64,000 nt of DNA from Alphaproteobacteria bacterium. GTDB lineage: Bacteria; Pseudomonadota; Alphaproteobacteria; CAAHEQ01; UBA3637. The position numbers and the translations under genes were made by a program. The DNA is taken from assembly GCA_045605805.1 (NCBI GenBank), contig JAZUQR010000010.1:77372-141371 (forward strand), given 5' to 3'. Shown in pieces: positions 1 through 9,307 of the stretch. Every line of letters begins with the position of its first letter. Positions within the stretch are counted from its first letter, which is position 1. The notes under the pieces are model-generated. The model made no database searches. It was not told where the DNA came from and was given only the letters and a program-made list of their open reading frames with translations.

Positions 1-187
1 ACAATTTCAAATCAACGGCGTCTTGGCCAATTTCACGCAAGGCCACAACCGGATTTTTATCCCCTTCTCTGTCCACAACGGGATCTGCCCCAGCATCCAG
101 AGATTTTGCCCGACCTGAGGCCAATAATACCAATTCAAAATGATTTGGAACTCGTTGAATACAATCTTCCACTGTTCTGCGTGCCAT
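1..187 (-). CDS. rpoZ: RNA polymerase omega subunit (5' part; runs off the window)
   Basis: Not in the ORF track. Manual translation from ATG 187 gives [27 protein letters not shown]...[11 protein letters not shown], matching the alphaproteobacterial RpoZ N-terminus. Confidence 0.93.
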   Translation of the reverse strand, partial: MARRTVEDCIQRVPNHFELVLLASGRAKSLDAGADPVVDREGDKNPVVALREIGQDAVDLKL

Positions 188-216
188 ATGATTATCCTTT
201 CTGATAAAATTTAACT

Positions 217-248
217 TGTGGATAAGTATATCTTATTTTTTATCCAAA
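217..248. promoter_or_regulatory. Candidate DnaA boxes in the rpoZ/metG divergent intergenic region
   Basis: TGTGGATAA at 217-225 is the perfect reverse complement of TTATCCACA. TTATCCAAA at 240-248 has one mismatch and is in the opposite orientation. Confidence 0.35.
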
Positions 249-334
249 ATCAAGTTTTTAATGAAAAAACATTCTTGCACTTTCGTTTTGTTTCATATAT
301 AATGTGTAAAAAAGTTTTTTTAGAAGGATTAAAA

Positions 335-2032
335 ATGACAAAAAAGAAATACTTGATTACCTCTGCTTTAACCTATATCAACGGCTTGCCCCATATCGGC
401 CATTTGGCCGGGGCCATGCTCAATGCCGATATTTATGCCAGATATTTGCGTGCCAAAGGGGAGGATGTTTTGTTTGTGGGCGGTACGGATGTGCATGGCA
501 CGAAAATTGAAGTAGAAGCCAAAAAAGAGGGCTTATCCTTAGAGGCTTTCATCAACAAATATCATTTGGAACACAAAAAAGTTTATGAAGGTTTTAATTT
601 GTCTTTTGATGCGTTTGGTAATACTGATTCCAAACAAAACGAAGAAATGACCTATCGTATTTTTGAAGGGTTAGACAAAAACGGTTATATCTCAGAAAAA
701 ATTACACAGAGGGCTTATTGTGCTGATGATGAACAATTTTTGGCAGACAGCCAAGTGGGGGGTACTTGTCCTTATTGTGGTTATGAAAAAGCAAAGGGCG
801 ATCAGTGTGAAAACTGCACAAAGCTGTTGGAACCGGAAGAATTAAAAAATCCTTACAGCACCATTTCGGGCAGCAAAAATATCGTTTTCAAAGAAACCAA
901 AAATCTTTTTATTGATGTGGATAAAATGCAAGACAATTTGAATCGCTGGGTGGAAACAAAAAAAGGTATTTGGTCTGACATTGCTTATACAACCGCAAAA
1001 AAATGGCTGAATGAAGGCTTACAGGCTCGGGGCATTACTCGTGATTTGAAAAACGGCTTTACCGTTCCCCGTGAAGGATATGAAAACAAAGTGTTTTATG
1101 TATGGTTTGATGCCCCGATTGGATATATCGGCATTACAAAAGAATGGGTAGATAAAGACCCTTCTAACCGTTCATTGGAAGATTGGTGGTTAAACCCAGA
1201 TGAAGTTATTCATACCGAGTTTATGGGTAAAGACAATATTCCATTTCATTCCATCTTTTTCCCAGCTATGTTATTTGGATCGGGCGAAAAATGGACACAA
1301 GTTCATTTCTTAAAAGCAACAAGTTGGTTGAACTTCCCCGGTGGCAAGATTTCAAAATCCGAACATCGTGGTGTGTTTTTGGATGAGGCTTTGGAAGAGT
1401 TTCCGGCTGATTATTGGCGTTATTGGATTTGTGCCAACTGTCCAGAATCAGACGATTCGTTGTTCTCGTTTGATTCCTTCCAAGCCACCATCAACAAGGA
1501 TTTGAATGATGTGCTGGGCAATTTTATCAACCGTGTTTTGAAGATGACTCATAACAACTTTGGGGATGTTGTGCCACCTTTAGGGGCTTTCACCGAAAAG
1601 GAAACCACTTTGTTTGCCACATTGGATGACTTGATTCAAAAATACACCAAACAGATGGACGCCATTGAGTTTAGAAAATCGTTGGCGCTTTTGCGTGAGA
1701 TTTGGACCGTGGGCAACAACTATATTGCCCAGACAGAACCTTGGAAAGTTGTCAAAGAAGATAAAGAATATGCAGGCACTATTTTGAACATTGCTTTGAA
1801 TTTGATTTGGCTGTTTGCTCAGCTGAGTGCGCCTGTGATGCCACAAACTGCCACAAAAATGTTGGCTCTGTTTAACAAAGAGCCTTCCTTTACATGGCCT
1901 TGTGGCGAGGCAAAAGAATTATTATCCACACTGAAATCCGGTGACGCCTTTACACCAAGCGAACCACTTTTCAGAAAAATTACGGATGAAGAAAAAGAAC
2001 TTTTGAAACAAAAACATCATGAAGGGGTATAA
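335..2032 (+). CDS. metG: Methionine--tRNA ligase
   Basis: HIGH motif (PHIGH), KISKS (KMSKS-like), Zn knuckle CPYC..CENC, YVWFDAPIGY. Start set at ATG 335 after the AAGGA RBS. Confidence 0.97.
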   Translation: MTKKKYLITSALTYINGLPHIGHLAGAMLNADIYARYLRAKGEDVLFVGGTDVHGTKIEVEAKKEGLSLEAFINKYHLEHKKVYEGFNLSFDAFGNTDSKQNEEMTYRIFEGLDKNGYISEKITQRAYCADDEQFLADSQVGGTCPYCGYEKAKGDQCENCTKLLEPEELKNPYSTISGSKNIVFKETKNLFIDVDKMQDNLNRWVETKKGIWSDIAYTTAKKWLNEGLQARGITRDLKNGFTVPREGYENKVFYVWFDAPIGYIGITKEWVDKDPSNRSLEDWWLNPDEVIHTEFMGKDNIPFHSIFFPAMLFGSGEKWTQVHFLKATSWLNFPGGKISKSEHRGVFLDEALEEFPADYWRYWICANCPESDDSLFSFDSFQATINKDLNDVLGNFINRVLKMTHNNFGDVVPPLGAFTEKETTLFATLDDLIQKYTKQMDAIEFRKSLALLREIWTVGNNYIAQTEPWKVVKEDKEYAGTILNIALNLIWLFAQLSAPVMPQTATKMLALFNKEPSFTWPCGEAKELLSTLKSGDAFTPSEPLFRKITDEEKELLKQKHHEGV

Positions 2033-2034
2033 TT

Positions 2035-3243
2035 ATGGAAAAATCACGCAATACCGGTAATTTTTTGTTTATTATTTTTTGGTGGCTTGTGCAACATTTG
2101 AACATTCGTTGGGCTCATAAACTTTTATATTGGGGATTAAGAGATGGTTCTTTCCCTTCGGGGCATATGTCCGATCCGATTTTAGGGATTGATTTATTTG
2201 GTCGCCATTTATCCACGCCTCTTGGTATTTCAGACGGTGTGGATAAACGGGGAAACATTTTAGACACCTTGATGCAGATGGGATATAGTTTTGGTACTTT
2301 TGGACCCTATACTTTGGAAAAAGAGATGCCCCCCAATGAAAAGTTTTTTTTCAAAAAAGATAAGGCTATTATTACTCAATGTACAGGATATCGCAACCCT
2401 GGTATCTTAAAAATGATGCCATGGTTTGTGAAGCGTCGTTATTTACCTCATTTTGTTGGGATTGACATTGCCATTCCTGCGGAAAATGAAGAAAGCAACA
2501 TCAAACAGGGGCGACATTTTGCTTATGTGGATGAATTTGTTTTAATGTCACAACGCATTGCACCTTATTGTGATTTTATCACTTTGGATTTTTCGCACAC
2601 CAACTCGGAACTGTGTGTTTTAATGGTGGATGCTTCAACGATTTTGCCCATTATTCGGGCTGTTAAAGAAACCGTGAAACAGGCCGCCCCTATTCGCCCA
2701 CCAAAGGTTTTTGTTAAAATCCCGTTGGATTTGAATATGATGGAGATTCCGCTTGTTGCTCAAACTCTTTTAGGCGGTGAAGTGGATGGTGTTGTTGTGG
2801 CGGGCCCTATGTCTTTGGCCAAAAATACACGCATTCGCATTCAAGGCGCAAAAGAACATCAAATGTCGGGCATGGTTATTGGTCAACCCACACATGAATA
2901 TACCACCGAACTTATTCGGCGTTTATATACCCATTTGAAAGGCCGGATTCCCATTATTGCTTGTGGCGGTGTGTTTGACGGTAAAAGTGCTTTTGAACAT
3001 ATTGCGGCCGGTGCTTCTTTGGTTTCCGTGGATGAGGCCAGCTTGATTTTTGAAGGCCCTGGCATTATTCACAAGATTCATAAAGAATTGATTGAAATTT
3101 TACACAACAAAAAATTTCATTCTTTTGCCGAAGCCATTGGTTGCGACACCCAAGAGGTTATTGCTGAGACAGCTGTACCTATGACTGCACCGCAACCGCA
3201 ATCAACGCCTATGGAAAATTCTGTACCACCGCATCAAGGTTAA
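2035..3243 (+). CDS. Divergent class-2 dihydroorotate dehydrogenase-like FMN protein
   Basis: PLGISDGVDK, VFVKIPLD and IPIIACGGV resemble PyrD FMN-binding motifs, and there is an N-terminal hydrophobic segment. The catalytic NxSSPN motif is altered to DFSHTN. Confidence 0.7.
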   Translation: MEKSRNTGNFLFIIFWWLVQHLNIRWAHKLLYWGLRDGSFPSGHMSDPILGIDLFGRHLSTPLGISDGVDKRGNILDTLMQMGYSFGTFGPYTLEKEMPPNEKFFFKKDKAIITQCTGYRNPGILKMMPWFVKRRYLPHFVGIDIAIPAENEESNIKQGRHFAYVDEFVLMSQRIAPYCDFITLDFSHTNSELCVLMVDASTILPIIRAVKETVKQAAPIRPPKVFVKIPLDLNMMEIPLVAQTLLGGEVDGVVVAGPMSLAKNTRIRIQGAKEHQMSGMVIGQPTHEYTTELIRRLYTHLKGRIPIIACGGVFDGKSAFEHIAAGASLVSVDEASLIFEGPGIIHKIHKELIEILHNKKFHSFAEAIGCDTQEVIAETAVPMTAPQPQSTPMENSVPPHQG

Positions 3244-3268
3244 GTCATTTCAAAAAAAAGGGGGGGAT

Positions 3269-4837
3269 ATGACTTCACAAGACCTTGTGACAAAACTTTG
3301 GGATGAAGCACGTCCTGTGATTCAAGAAGGGTTGGCCGTTTTGAATAAAACCCTTATTTTGGGTTTGCCGGCTTCTTCCATGCCGCCTGTTTCCAAAGAA
3401 CAAGACACAGGCATTGGCTCTCCCTATGGCGAAGGGGCGGCTCGGGTATGGCGCTTTTGGCACAGTATTATTCACAAAATAATGATTGGACCGATTGGGA
3501 AGACCAGTGCGGTCACTTGGCATTCGCCCTATCTATCTTCATGGGATTACAATCCGTTTTTAATTGATTTGGAAAAATTGGTTCAACGCAAATGGCTTAG
3601 CAAAAAAACTTTGAATAAAATCTGGTACACGCCAAAAAAAGATGGCTATATTGATTTTCATCAGGTTGAGTCCGACTATCTTATGGCGTTATCCGAAGCC
3701 CATCAAAAATCAAAATCTTTGCTTTCTTTTGACAGCTTTTGTAATCAGCTTTTGCGTGAACAAATGCAACGCACTTCTTTTTTATATGTGGGGGATATTC
3801 CCATCAACATTCCCACCAGAGTCAGCACACGCCATCCTGATTGGTTTTTGAAAGATTGGAGTTTGGGGGCCCCTCCTGATCAATATTCGGATAAACCCCA
3901 AAAATGGGGATTTCCTGTCTTAAATCCAAATAAACTTTTTTCATCCGATAAAACGCAGCCGTTGGGGCCGGCCGGCAGAATGTTCAAAAAATTGATGCGT
4001 TTTTATCTTGCCGGCAACAGGGGCGGCATTCGTATTGACCATTTTATCGGGTGGGTTGATCCTTATTGTTTTTATACAGGCAAAAAAAATTATTCCAACG
4101 GCAGGCTTTATTCTTCCCCAAAACATCCCTTATTAAAGGCTTTTTATTTGAAAGATAAAAGACTATTCCAACGGATGACTCAATCTTTTTTAATGCCGTT
4201 TATTGATATTTTTCACCTTTCACCTATGGATATTTTTCCGGAAGATTTGGGTATTCGGCCTCCCCAAATGGATAAGGTTTTGAAAACCTTTCGCTTGGGC
4301 CGAATGTTGCCTGTCCAATTTAACGAACCACAAGACGGTACACATCTTTATCATTTAACTCAGGCACAAAAAGAAGACATTGCGGTGTTGGACACCCATG
4401 ACAATCCACCTTTGTTGGCTTTTTTTGAACAATTACCTTTTGAAAAAAGACGGGCTTTTGCCCAACAACTGGCCACAGATTTACGCTTTCATTATACAGA
4501 TGATTTATGCCAACCGGTTTGGCTTTATCGGATGCAATGGGGGGCCGCTTTGGCCTCGCCTGCCAAGCGGGTGATGGTTTTCTTTCCCACTTTGATGGGA
4601 CAGGAGGGACGATATAATATCCCCGGTACTTTGGATTCGTGGCATCTAAGATGTATAGCCGATTTTGAACGACATTATTTCAATGCCTTAAAACAGGGAA
4701 AGGCTTTTAATCCGTTTGAGGCGATTTGTTTGGCTATTTATGCCAAAGGGGATGCTTTTTATCACCAGCACGAACCATTGGTTCATAAACTGAGAACTTT
4801 GGAAGCCGATTTTTTTAATGCGCTTCAAGCCTCATGA
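3269..4837 (+). CDS. malQ: 4-alpha-glucanotransferase (amylomaltase, GH77)
   Basis: SPY..NPFLID, GAPPD..QKWGFP, RIDH, EDLG, THDN and RYNIPGT motifs; the catalytic D/E/D residues are present. Confidence 0.82.
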   Translation: MTSQDLVTKLWDEARPVIQEGLAVLNKTLILGLPASSMPPVSKEQDTGIGSPYGEGAARVWRFWHSIIHKIMIGPIGKTSAVTWHSPYLSSWDYNPFLIDLEKLVQRKWLSKKTLNKIWYTPKKDGYIDFHQVESDYLMALSEAHQKSKSLLSFDSFCNQLLREQMQRTSFLYVGDIPINIPTRVSTRHPDWFLKDWSLGAPPDQYSDKPQKWGFPVLNPNKLFSSDKTQPLGPAGRMFKKLMRFYLAGNRGGIRIDHFIGWVDPYCFYTGKKNYSNGRLYSSPKHPLLKAFYLKDKRLFQRMTQSFLMPFIDIFHLSPMDIFPEDLGIRPPQMDKVLKTFRLGRMLPVQFNEPQDGTHLYHLTQAQKEDIAVLDTHDNPPLLAFFEQLPFEKRRAFAQQLATDLRFHYTDDLCQPVWLYRMQWGAALASPAKRVMVFFPTLMGQEGRYNIPGTLDSWHLRCIADFERHYFNALKQGKAFNPFEAICLAIYAKGDAFYHQHEPLVHKLRTLEADFFNALQAS

Positions 4838-4843
4838 TTTTAC

Positions 4844-4871
4844 TTGACAAAAGCCTGTAAAAGATTATGCT
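4844..4871 (+). promoter_or_regulatory. Putative sigma70 promoter of the kdsB operon
   Basis: TTGACA-16 bp-TATGCT upstream of the AAGGAG RBS. Confidence 0.45.
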
Positions 4872-4899
4872 AGACTATATATTATAAAAAGGAGATTTT

Positions 4900-5673
4900 A
4901 TGTCAAAAGTTGCTGTGATTATCCCTACTCGTTTAGGTTCTACTCGTTTGCCCAATAAGCCCTTGGCCATTGTGAACGGCAAAACCGTGATTCAACATGT
5001 TTATGAGCATGCTATTCAGGTTCACCCAAAAGAAGATGTGTACATTGCGGCCGGTGATGAAGCTATTGTGGAAGAAGCCAAAAAGTTTAATGCTCAATGT
5101 GTTTTAACGCCTGCCAGCTTACCTTCTGGAACAGACCGTATTGTTTGTGCGTTGAAAACCATTGACCCTGACGGCACAAAATATGACACCGTTGTCAATT
5201 TTCAAGGAGATGGTATCAATGTGGATCCAAAATTAAATATGCGTTTGGTGGAATTGTTGGAAAAAACTGGGGCTGATTGGGTGACTGTCGGTAAAAAAAT
5301 TACCTGCCCAGACGAAATTCAAAATCCAAACTATGTGAAGATTGCAATGGGCTTGAAAGACGGTGAAGATTATGGTCGGGCGCTTTATTTTTCCAGAAGT
5401 GCTGTGCCCTTTAATCGGGATAAAGATCCCCAAAAAGATTTTGCTTATTGGCATATTGGGATTTATGTGTATCGCACCGAGGCCTTAAAACGCTTTGTTG
5501 AATGCCCTGTGGGCATTTTGGAAGCCACCGAAAAATTGGAACAGCTGCGGGCATTGGAAAACGGCATGCAGATTTATGCGCTGATTGTACCAACCATTAA
5601 ACTGATTGAAGATGCGCCCACCGATATCAATACACCCGAGGAATTAGCCGAGGCACAAAAGTTTAATTTTTAA
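4900..5673 (+). CDS. kdsB: 3-deoxy-manno-octulosonate cytidylyltransferase
   Basis: IPTRLGSTRLPNKPL, SGTDR, NFQGD, ALYFSR, HIGIY and EKLEQLRALENG motifs. Confidence 0.96.
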   Translation: MSKVAVIIPTRLGSTRLPNKPLAIVNGKTVIQHVYEHAIQVHPKEDVYIAAGDEAIVEEAKKFNAQCVLTPASLPSGTDRIVCALKTIDPDGTKYDTVVNFQGDGINVDPKLNMRLVELLEKTGADWVTVGKKITCPDEIQNPNYVKIAMGLKDGEDYGRALYFSRSAVPFNRDKDPQKDFAYWHIGIYVYRTEALKRFVECPVGILEATEKLEQLRALENGMQIYALIVPTIKLIEDAPTDINTPEELAEAQKFNF

Positions 5674-5682
5674 GGACATTTT

Positions 5683-7659
5683 ATGTTTTATTTAACCGGA
5701 TTTCATTTAACCAAAGATCATGTTCAACGGCTTGTCAAGCTGACAAAAAGTGCCCCTTGGCCTAACAAAACCGTCCCTTTAATGGATGACCAAATGGGAC
5801 AAAAATTGCCCGATCATACTGCTGTTTTGGTAAAAAATCCATCCGAACAAGAGTTGGTTCAATTGACCCGTCTTGCTCCCACAGCCATTGTAGATGCCAA
5901 TGCATTAGATGCTTCGGTTCAATTTTTCTTAAAACGCATGGATGCCTTGAAAAGCAAAAACAAGATGGGTTTTTTATTGACTTGTCCTGTGATTTATGCG
6001 TGCAACATTGCCCAAAACATTGTATCGGCTTTGCAAGAGTTTATTCTTTTATCGGCCGATCAACAAGAAAGTATTCACTTTGCCCTTCACGAATCCATTG
6101 TGAATGGTTTGGTTCATGGTAATTTACAGATCAACAGTTCTATGCGCCAATCGGCCCGAGATTTTATTGAATATGCCCGTTTATTGCATGACCGGTTAAA
6201 TGATCCTAGCTATGCCCAAAAATCCATCAGTATCATTACCAGCTGGAACACCAAAAAATTGGAAATTAAAATTCGTGATGAAGGGGCGGGCTATGGTTCT
6301 ACCACTTCTTCGGTGCGACAATCTTGTGCCATGCAGCACAAAACAGGCCGAGGCATTCGGATTATTGCAGGGGCGGCCGATTCTTGTACGATTGAAGATT
6401 TTGGACGAGAAATTACTTTATCCTTTTTATTAAAAGAATCCAGCAATCCCCAGTGGACAAGTGGTTATTCAGAAGAAACTTCTTCCCAAAATGCATTGAA
6501 CTTTTCCAAAGATTTATCTTCATCCAAGGTGTTGGTAATTGAAGACAATCCAAGCACACAAACTGTGTTAGGGCGACTTTTGAATTTAATCAGCATTGAT
6601 GATGTCTCTTTTGCCTGTGATGGCGTTGAAGGCCTTAAATTAGCACATGACATCAAACCCGATTTAATTATTTTAGATATTACCATGCCTCGTATGGATG
6701 GTTATGAAGTGATTCAACACTTAAAAAATGATGCCTCAACTGCCACCATTCCTGTTTTAATTCAAACGGCTTCGGATAATCGGGAAACCAGAGAAAAAAC
6801 TTTCAGGGCTGGCGCAACCGACTTTATTACTAAACCCATCAATCCCTTAGAGTTCTTTTCTCGGGTGCGTGTTCATTTGGAAAACCGGTTATTGGTGCGT
6901 CATTTATCCACTCAATTAGAACAGATTGAATCCGAACTTCATTCTGCCAGACGCATGCAAATTGATATGCTTCCGAAAGACGATGTCTTAAAGACCTTGC
7001 AACAAGATTATCGTTTAACGATTGCACATCATTTTGCCCCTTCCTCATTGCTGGGAGGAGACTTTTGGCAAATTATTCCCATATCGGCCAACAAAGTCGG
7101 CTTTTATATTTGTGACTTTTCCGGACATGGTGTGGCCAGTGCCTTGAATACTTTCCGTTTACATGCTTTGGTCAGCCAAAACAACCGCCGTATTCATTCT
7201 CCGGCTGATTTTTTGAAAAAACTCAACAAGCAAATGCACACTCTTTTGCCCCGGGGCCAGTTTGCCACTTTGTTTTTGGGGATTTATGACAAACGCAAAA
7301 AAACTTTGCTTTTTTCGGGGGCGGGTGCGCCAAATCCGATTTGGATTCATCAAAACAAACAACTTTCTTTGAACGCAGAGGGGATGCCTTTGGGGATTGT
7401 GACCAATCCCACTTATCAAGATACAATCATTCGTTTGACAAAAGGGGATTCTTTACTGCTGTACAGTGATGCGCTGACAGAATCTTTAACCACAAAGGGG
7501 TTGCGTTTGGGCGATACCGCCTTTAAGCGGATGGTTAAAAAACATATTGTTGGGACAGATCCCAATGCGGGTTTGGATGAATTGATGCAACATTTTTTCA
7601 AATTAGCCCCTCCGCCCCCCTCGGACGATGTGACAGCCGTGTTATTGAAGTGGGAGTAA
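5683..7659 (+). CDS. Partner-switching regulator: RsbW-like HATPase + receiver + PP2C (SpoIIE) phosphatase
   Basis: ESIVNGLVHGN/DEGAG/GRGI (anti-sigma kinase-type HATPase); IED..PDLIILDITMP..KP (REC); GGDF, CDFSGHG, YSDAL and DDVT (PP2C). Confidence 0.85.
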   Translation: MFYLTGFHLTKDHVQRLVKLTKSAPWPNKTVPLMDDQMGQKLPDHTAVLVKNPSEQELVQLTRLAPTAIVDANALDASVQFFLKRMDALKSKNKMGFLLTCPVIYACNIAQNIVSALQEFILLSADQQESIHFALHESIVNGLVHGNLQINSSMRQSARDFIEYARLLHDRLNDPSYAQKSISIITSWNTKKLEIKIRDEGAGYGSTTSSVRQSCAMQHKTGRGIRIIAGAADSCTIEDFGREITLSFLLKESSNPQWTSGYSEETSSQNALNFSKDLSSSKVLVIEDNPSTQTVLGRLLNLISIDDVSFACDGVEGLKLAHDIKPDLIILDITMPRMDGYEVIQHLKNDASTATIPVLIQTASDNRETREKTFRAGATDFITKPINPLEFFSRVRVHLENRLLVRHLSTQLEQIESELHSARRMQIDMLPKDDVLKTLQQDYRLTIAHHFAPSSLLGGDFWQIIPISANKVGFYICDFSGHGVASALNTFRLHALVSQNNRRIHSPADFLKKLNKQMHTLLPRGQFATLFLGIYDKRKKTLLFSGAGAPNPIWIHQNKQLSLNAEGMPLGIVTNPTYQDTIIRLTKGDSLLLYSDALTESLTTKGLRLGDTAFKRMVKKHIVGTDPNAGLDELMQHFFKLAPPPPSDDVTAVLLKWE

Positions 7660-7661
7660 AA

Positions 7662-8378
7662 ATGATTCGCTTATATGTTTCGGAGCCCTTATTAAAAGAT
7701 ATTGTGATTGCTTTGGATGACAAGGCTCAACACTATCTTTTGCATGTTATGCGCCAACATGACGGTGATGTTTTATTATGTTTTAACGGCACAGATGGGG
7801 AATGGAAATGCCGCTTGACGATGACTGGAAAAAAGAAGGCTGTTTTGCAGGTTTTGGAACAAACTCGCCCGCAAACTCAACCCGAATTTTGTGCCATTTG
7901 TCCGGCTTTGATTAAAAAAGACAATATGGATATTATTCTTCAAAAGGCCACAGAGTTGGGGGTGACAGATATTTATCCCATTTTAAGCGAACACACCTCA
8001 CACCCACACTTTAATATGCCTCATGCTTTGGCTGTGGTGAAAGAGGCGGCCGAACAATGCGAACGCTTGACTCTGCCTGTGATTCATTCTCCTATGCCGT
8101 TAGTGGATTTAAGTAAAAACTTGCCCTCAGATTGTGCTTGTTATTATTTGGCGGAACGACAGGCGGCGTCCTCTTTATTGCCTGAGCGTGGGCCGGTTGC
8201 TTTTGTGGTTGGGCCAGAGGGCGGATGGAGTGAAAAAGAAAATCTGTTTTTCCAAAAGTCCGATTTTATCCCTTTGCACTTTGATGTGGGTATTTTAAGG
8301 GCAGAAACGGCCTGTATTGCGATTTTGTCTTGTTGGCAGATTGGACGCCATTTACAAAAAAATAACTTGCATTTTTGA
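7662..8378 (+). CDS. rsmE: 16S rRNA m3U1498 methyltransferase
   Basis: HYLLHVMR, QKATELGV, EAAEQCER, VGPEGG and ILRAETA motifs. Start set at ATG 7662. Confidence 0.95.
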   Translation: MIRLYVSEPLLKDIVIALDDKAQHYLLHVMRQHDGDVLLCFNGTDGEWKCRLTMTGKKKAVLQVLEQTRPQTQPEFCAICPALIKKDNMDIILQKATELGVTDIYPILSEHTSHPHFNMPHALAVVKEAAEQCERLTLPVIHSPMPLVDLSKNLPSDCACYYLAERQAASSLLPERGPVAFVVGPEGGWSEKENLFFQKSDFIPLHFDVGILRAETACIAILSCWQIGRHLQKNNLHF

Positions 8379-8414
8379 TAAAGGGTTGCTAGTATCAAAA
8401 GAAAGGGAGTTATT

Positions 8415-9296
8415 ATGAGAAAGAAAAAATCTTTTTTTGCTTTGATGGTATTGTGTGTCGGTTTGTTTTCCGCCCACGCCCAAGCCTCGCTTGTTGTTTG
8501 TCAAGATGGATCTTGTCAAAAAGTTTTAGATCAAGCCGATTTTCTGCCTTGGTTAAAAAAACTGCATGCTTATTTCAAAACCCCCAATGCTCGGATTGAT
8601 TTTTGTGAAGCAGAGGCGCAAAAGCGTTCCTGTTTGGCTGAGGGGTTGAATTGGACGGCCCAATCTGCTTTGGCGCCTGTCTCTTTTTCAACAAAGGTTG
8701 CCCGTACGGCCCCCTTTAAGAACACGCTTTTATTGGATTATTTAATTACAGCCAATTCTTCTTGGCCCGATTGTTCATACGCTTTAACTACATTTGACAA
8801 ATCATCGGATAATTCCATCCGTATGGTATCGCATGCATTTGAATGTCAATTGGCAGATTTTAGCAAAACACACCTTCAAAACTCGTTTTTCATTGATTAC
8901 ATCAACTTTGATGATGGTAAAATCGGGGCAAAATATGTGATTCAAATCAATGGGGCGGTGAATGGACAAGCCGCCGGATATGCCGTTATGACTTTCAGAG
9001 ACGGCAACACTTTGCGTCCATTGATTCACCAAACAAATGTTGCGGATATGCCAGCACCACCTTCTTTGGCAGAGGCCAAACAAATTATACATCAACATCA
9101 ATTGAATAACCCCAATCAACAGAAATCTAAATGGGAGATTTTCTCAGATGGTGTGAAGAATTGGTGGGGACAATTGAAAGATTCGTTTAACTTGGATATT
9201 GAAGAAGAACCCATTGAAGCCAAGGAGAATCCTTCTTGGTGGGATAAGTTCACCGATAAGTTTATGAAAATTCTTTATTTAGAACCTCTGGATTAA
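8415..9296 (+). CDS. Secreted hypothetical protein
   Basis: Signal peptide (MRKKK..AHAQA), paired cysteines, Trp-rich C-terminal helices, good RBS. Confidence 0.7.
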   Translation: MRKKKSFFALMVLCVGLFSAHAQASLVVCQDGSCQKVLDQADFLPWLKKLHAYFKTPNARIDFCEAEAQKRSCLAEGLNWTAQSALAPVSFSTKVARTAPFKNTLLLDYLITANSSWPDCSYALTTFDKSSDNSIRMVSHAFECQLADFSKTHLQNSFFIDYINFDDGKIGAKYVIQINGAVNGQAAGYAVMTFRDGNTLRPLIHQTNVADMPAPPSLAEAKQIIHQHQLNNPNQQKSKWEIFSDGVKNWWGQLKDSFNLDIEEEPIEAKENPSWWDKFTDKFMKILYLEPLD

Positions 9297-9307
9297 AAGG
9301 ATAGTAT

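Noticed and set aside
1922-1930. Perfect DnaA box TTATCCACA
   Set aside because: Isolated and inside the metG coding sequence; expected by chance.
3252-3266. A8G7 homopolymer as a phase-variation switch at the malQ RBS
   Set aside because: The tracts are short, and similar A/G-run RBSs occur at other genes here (46077, 38919).
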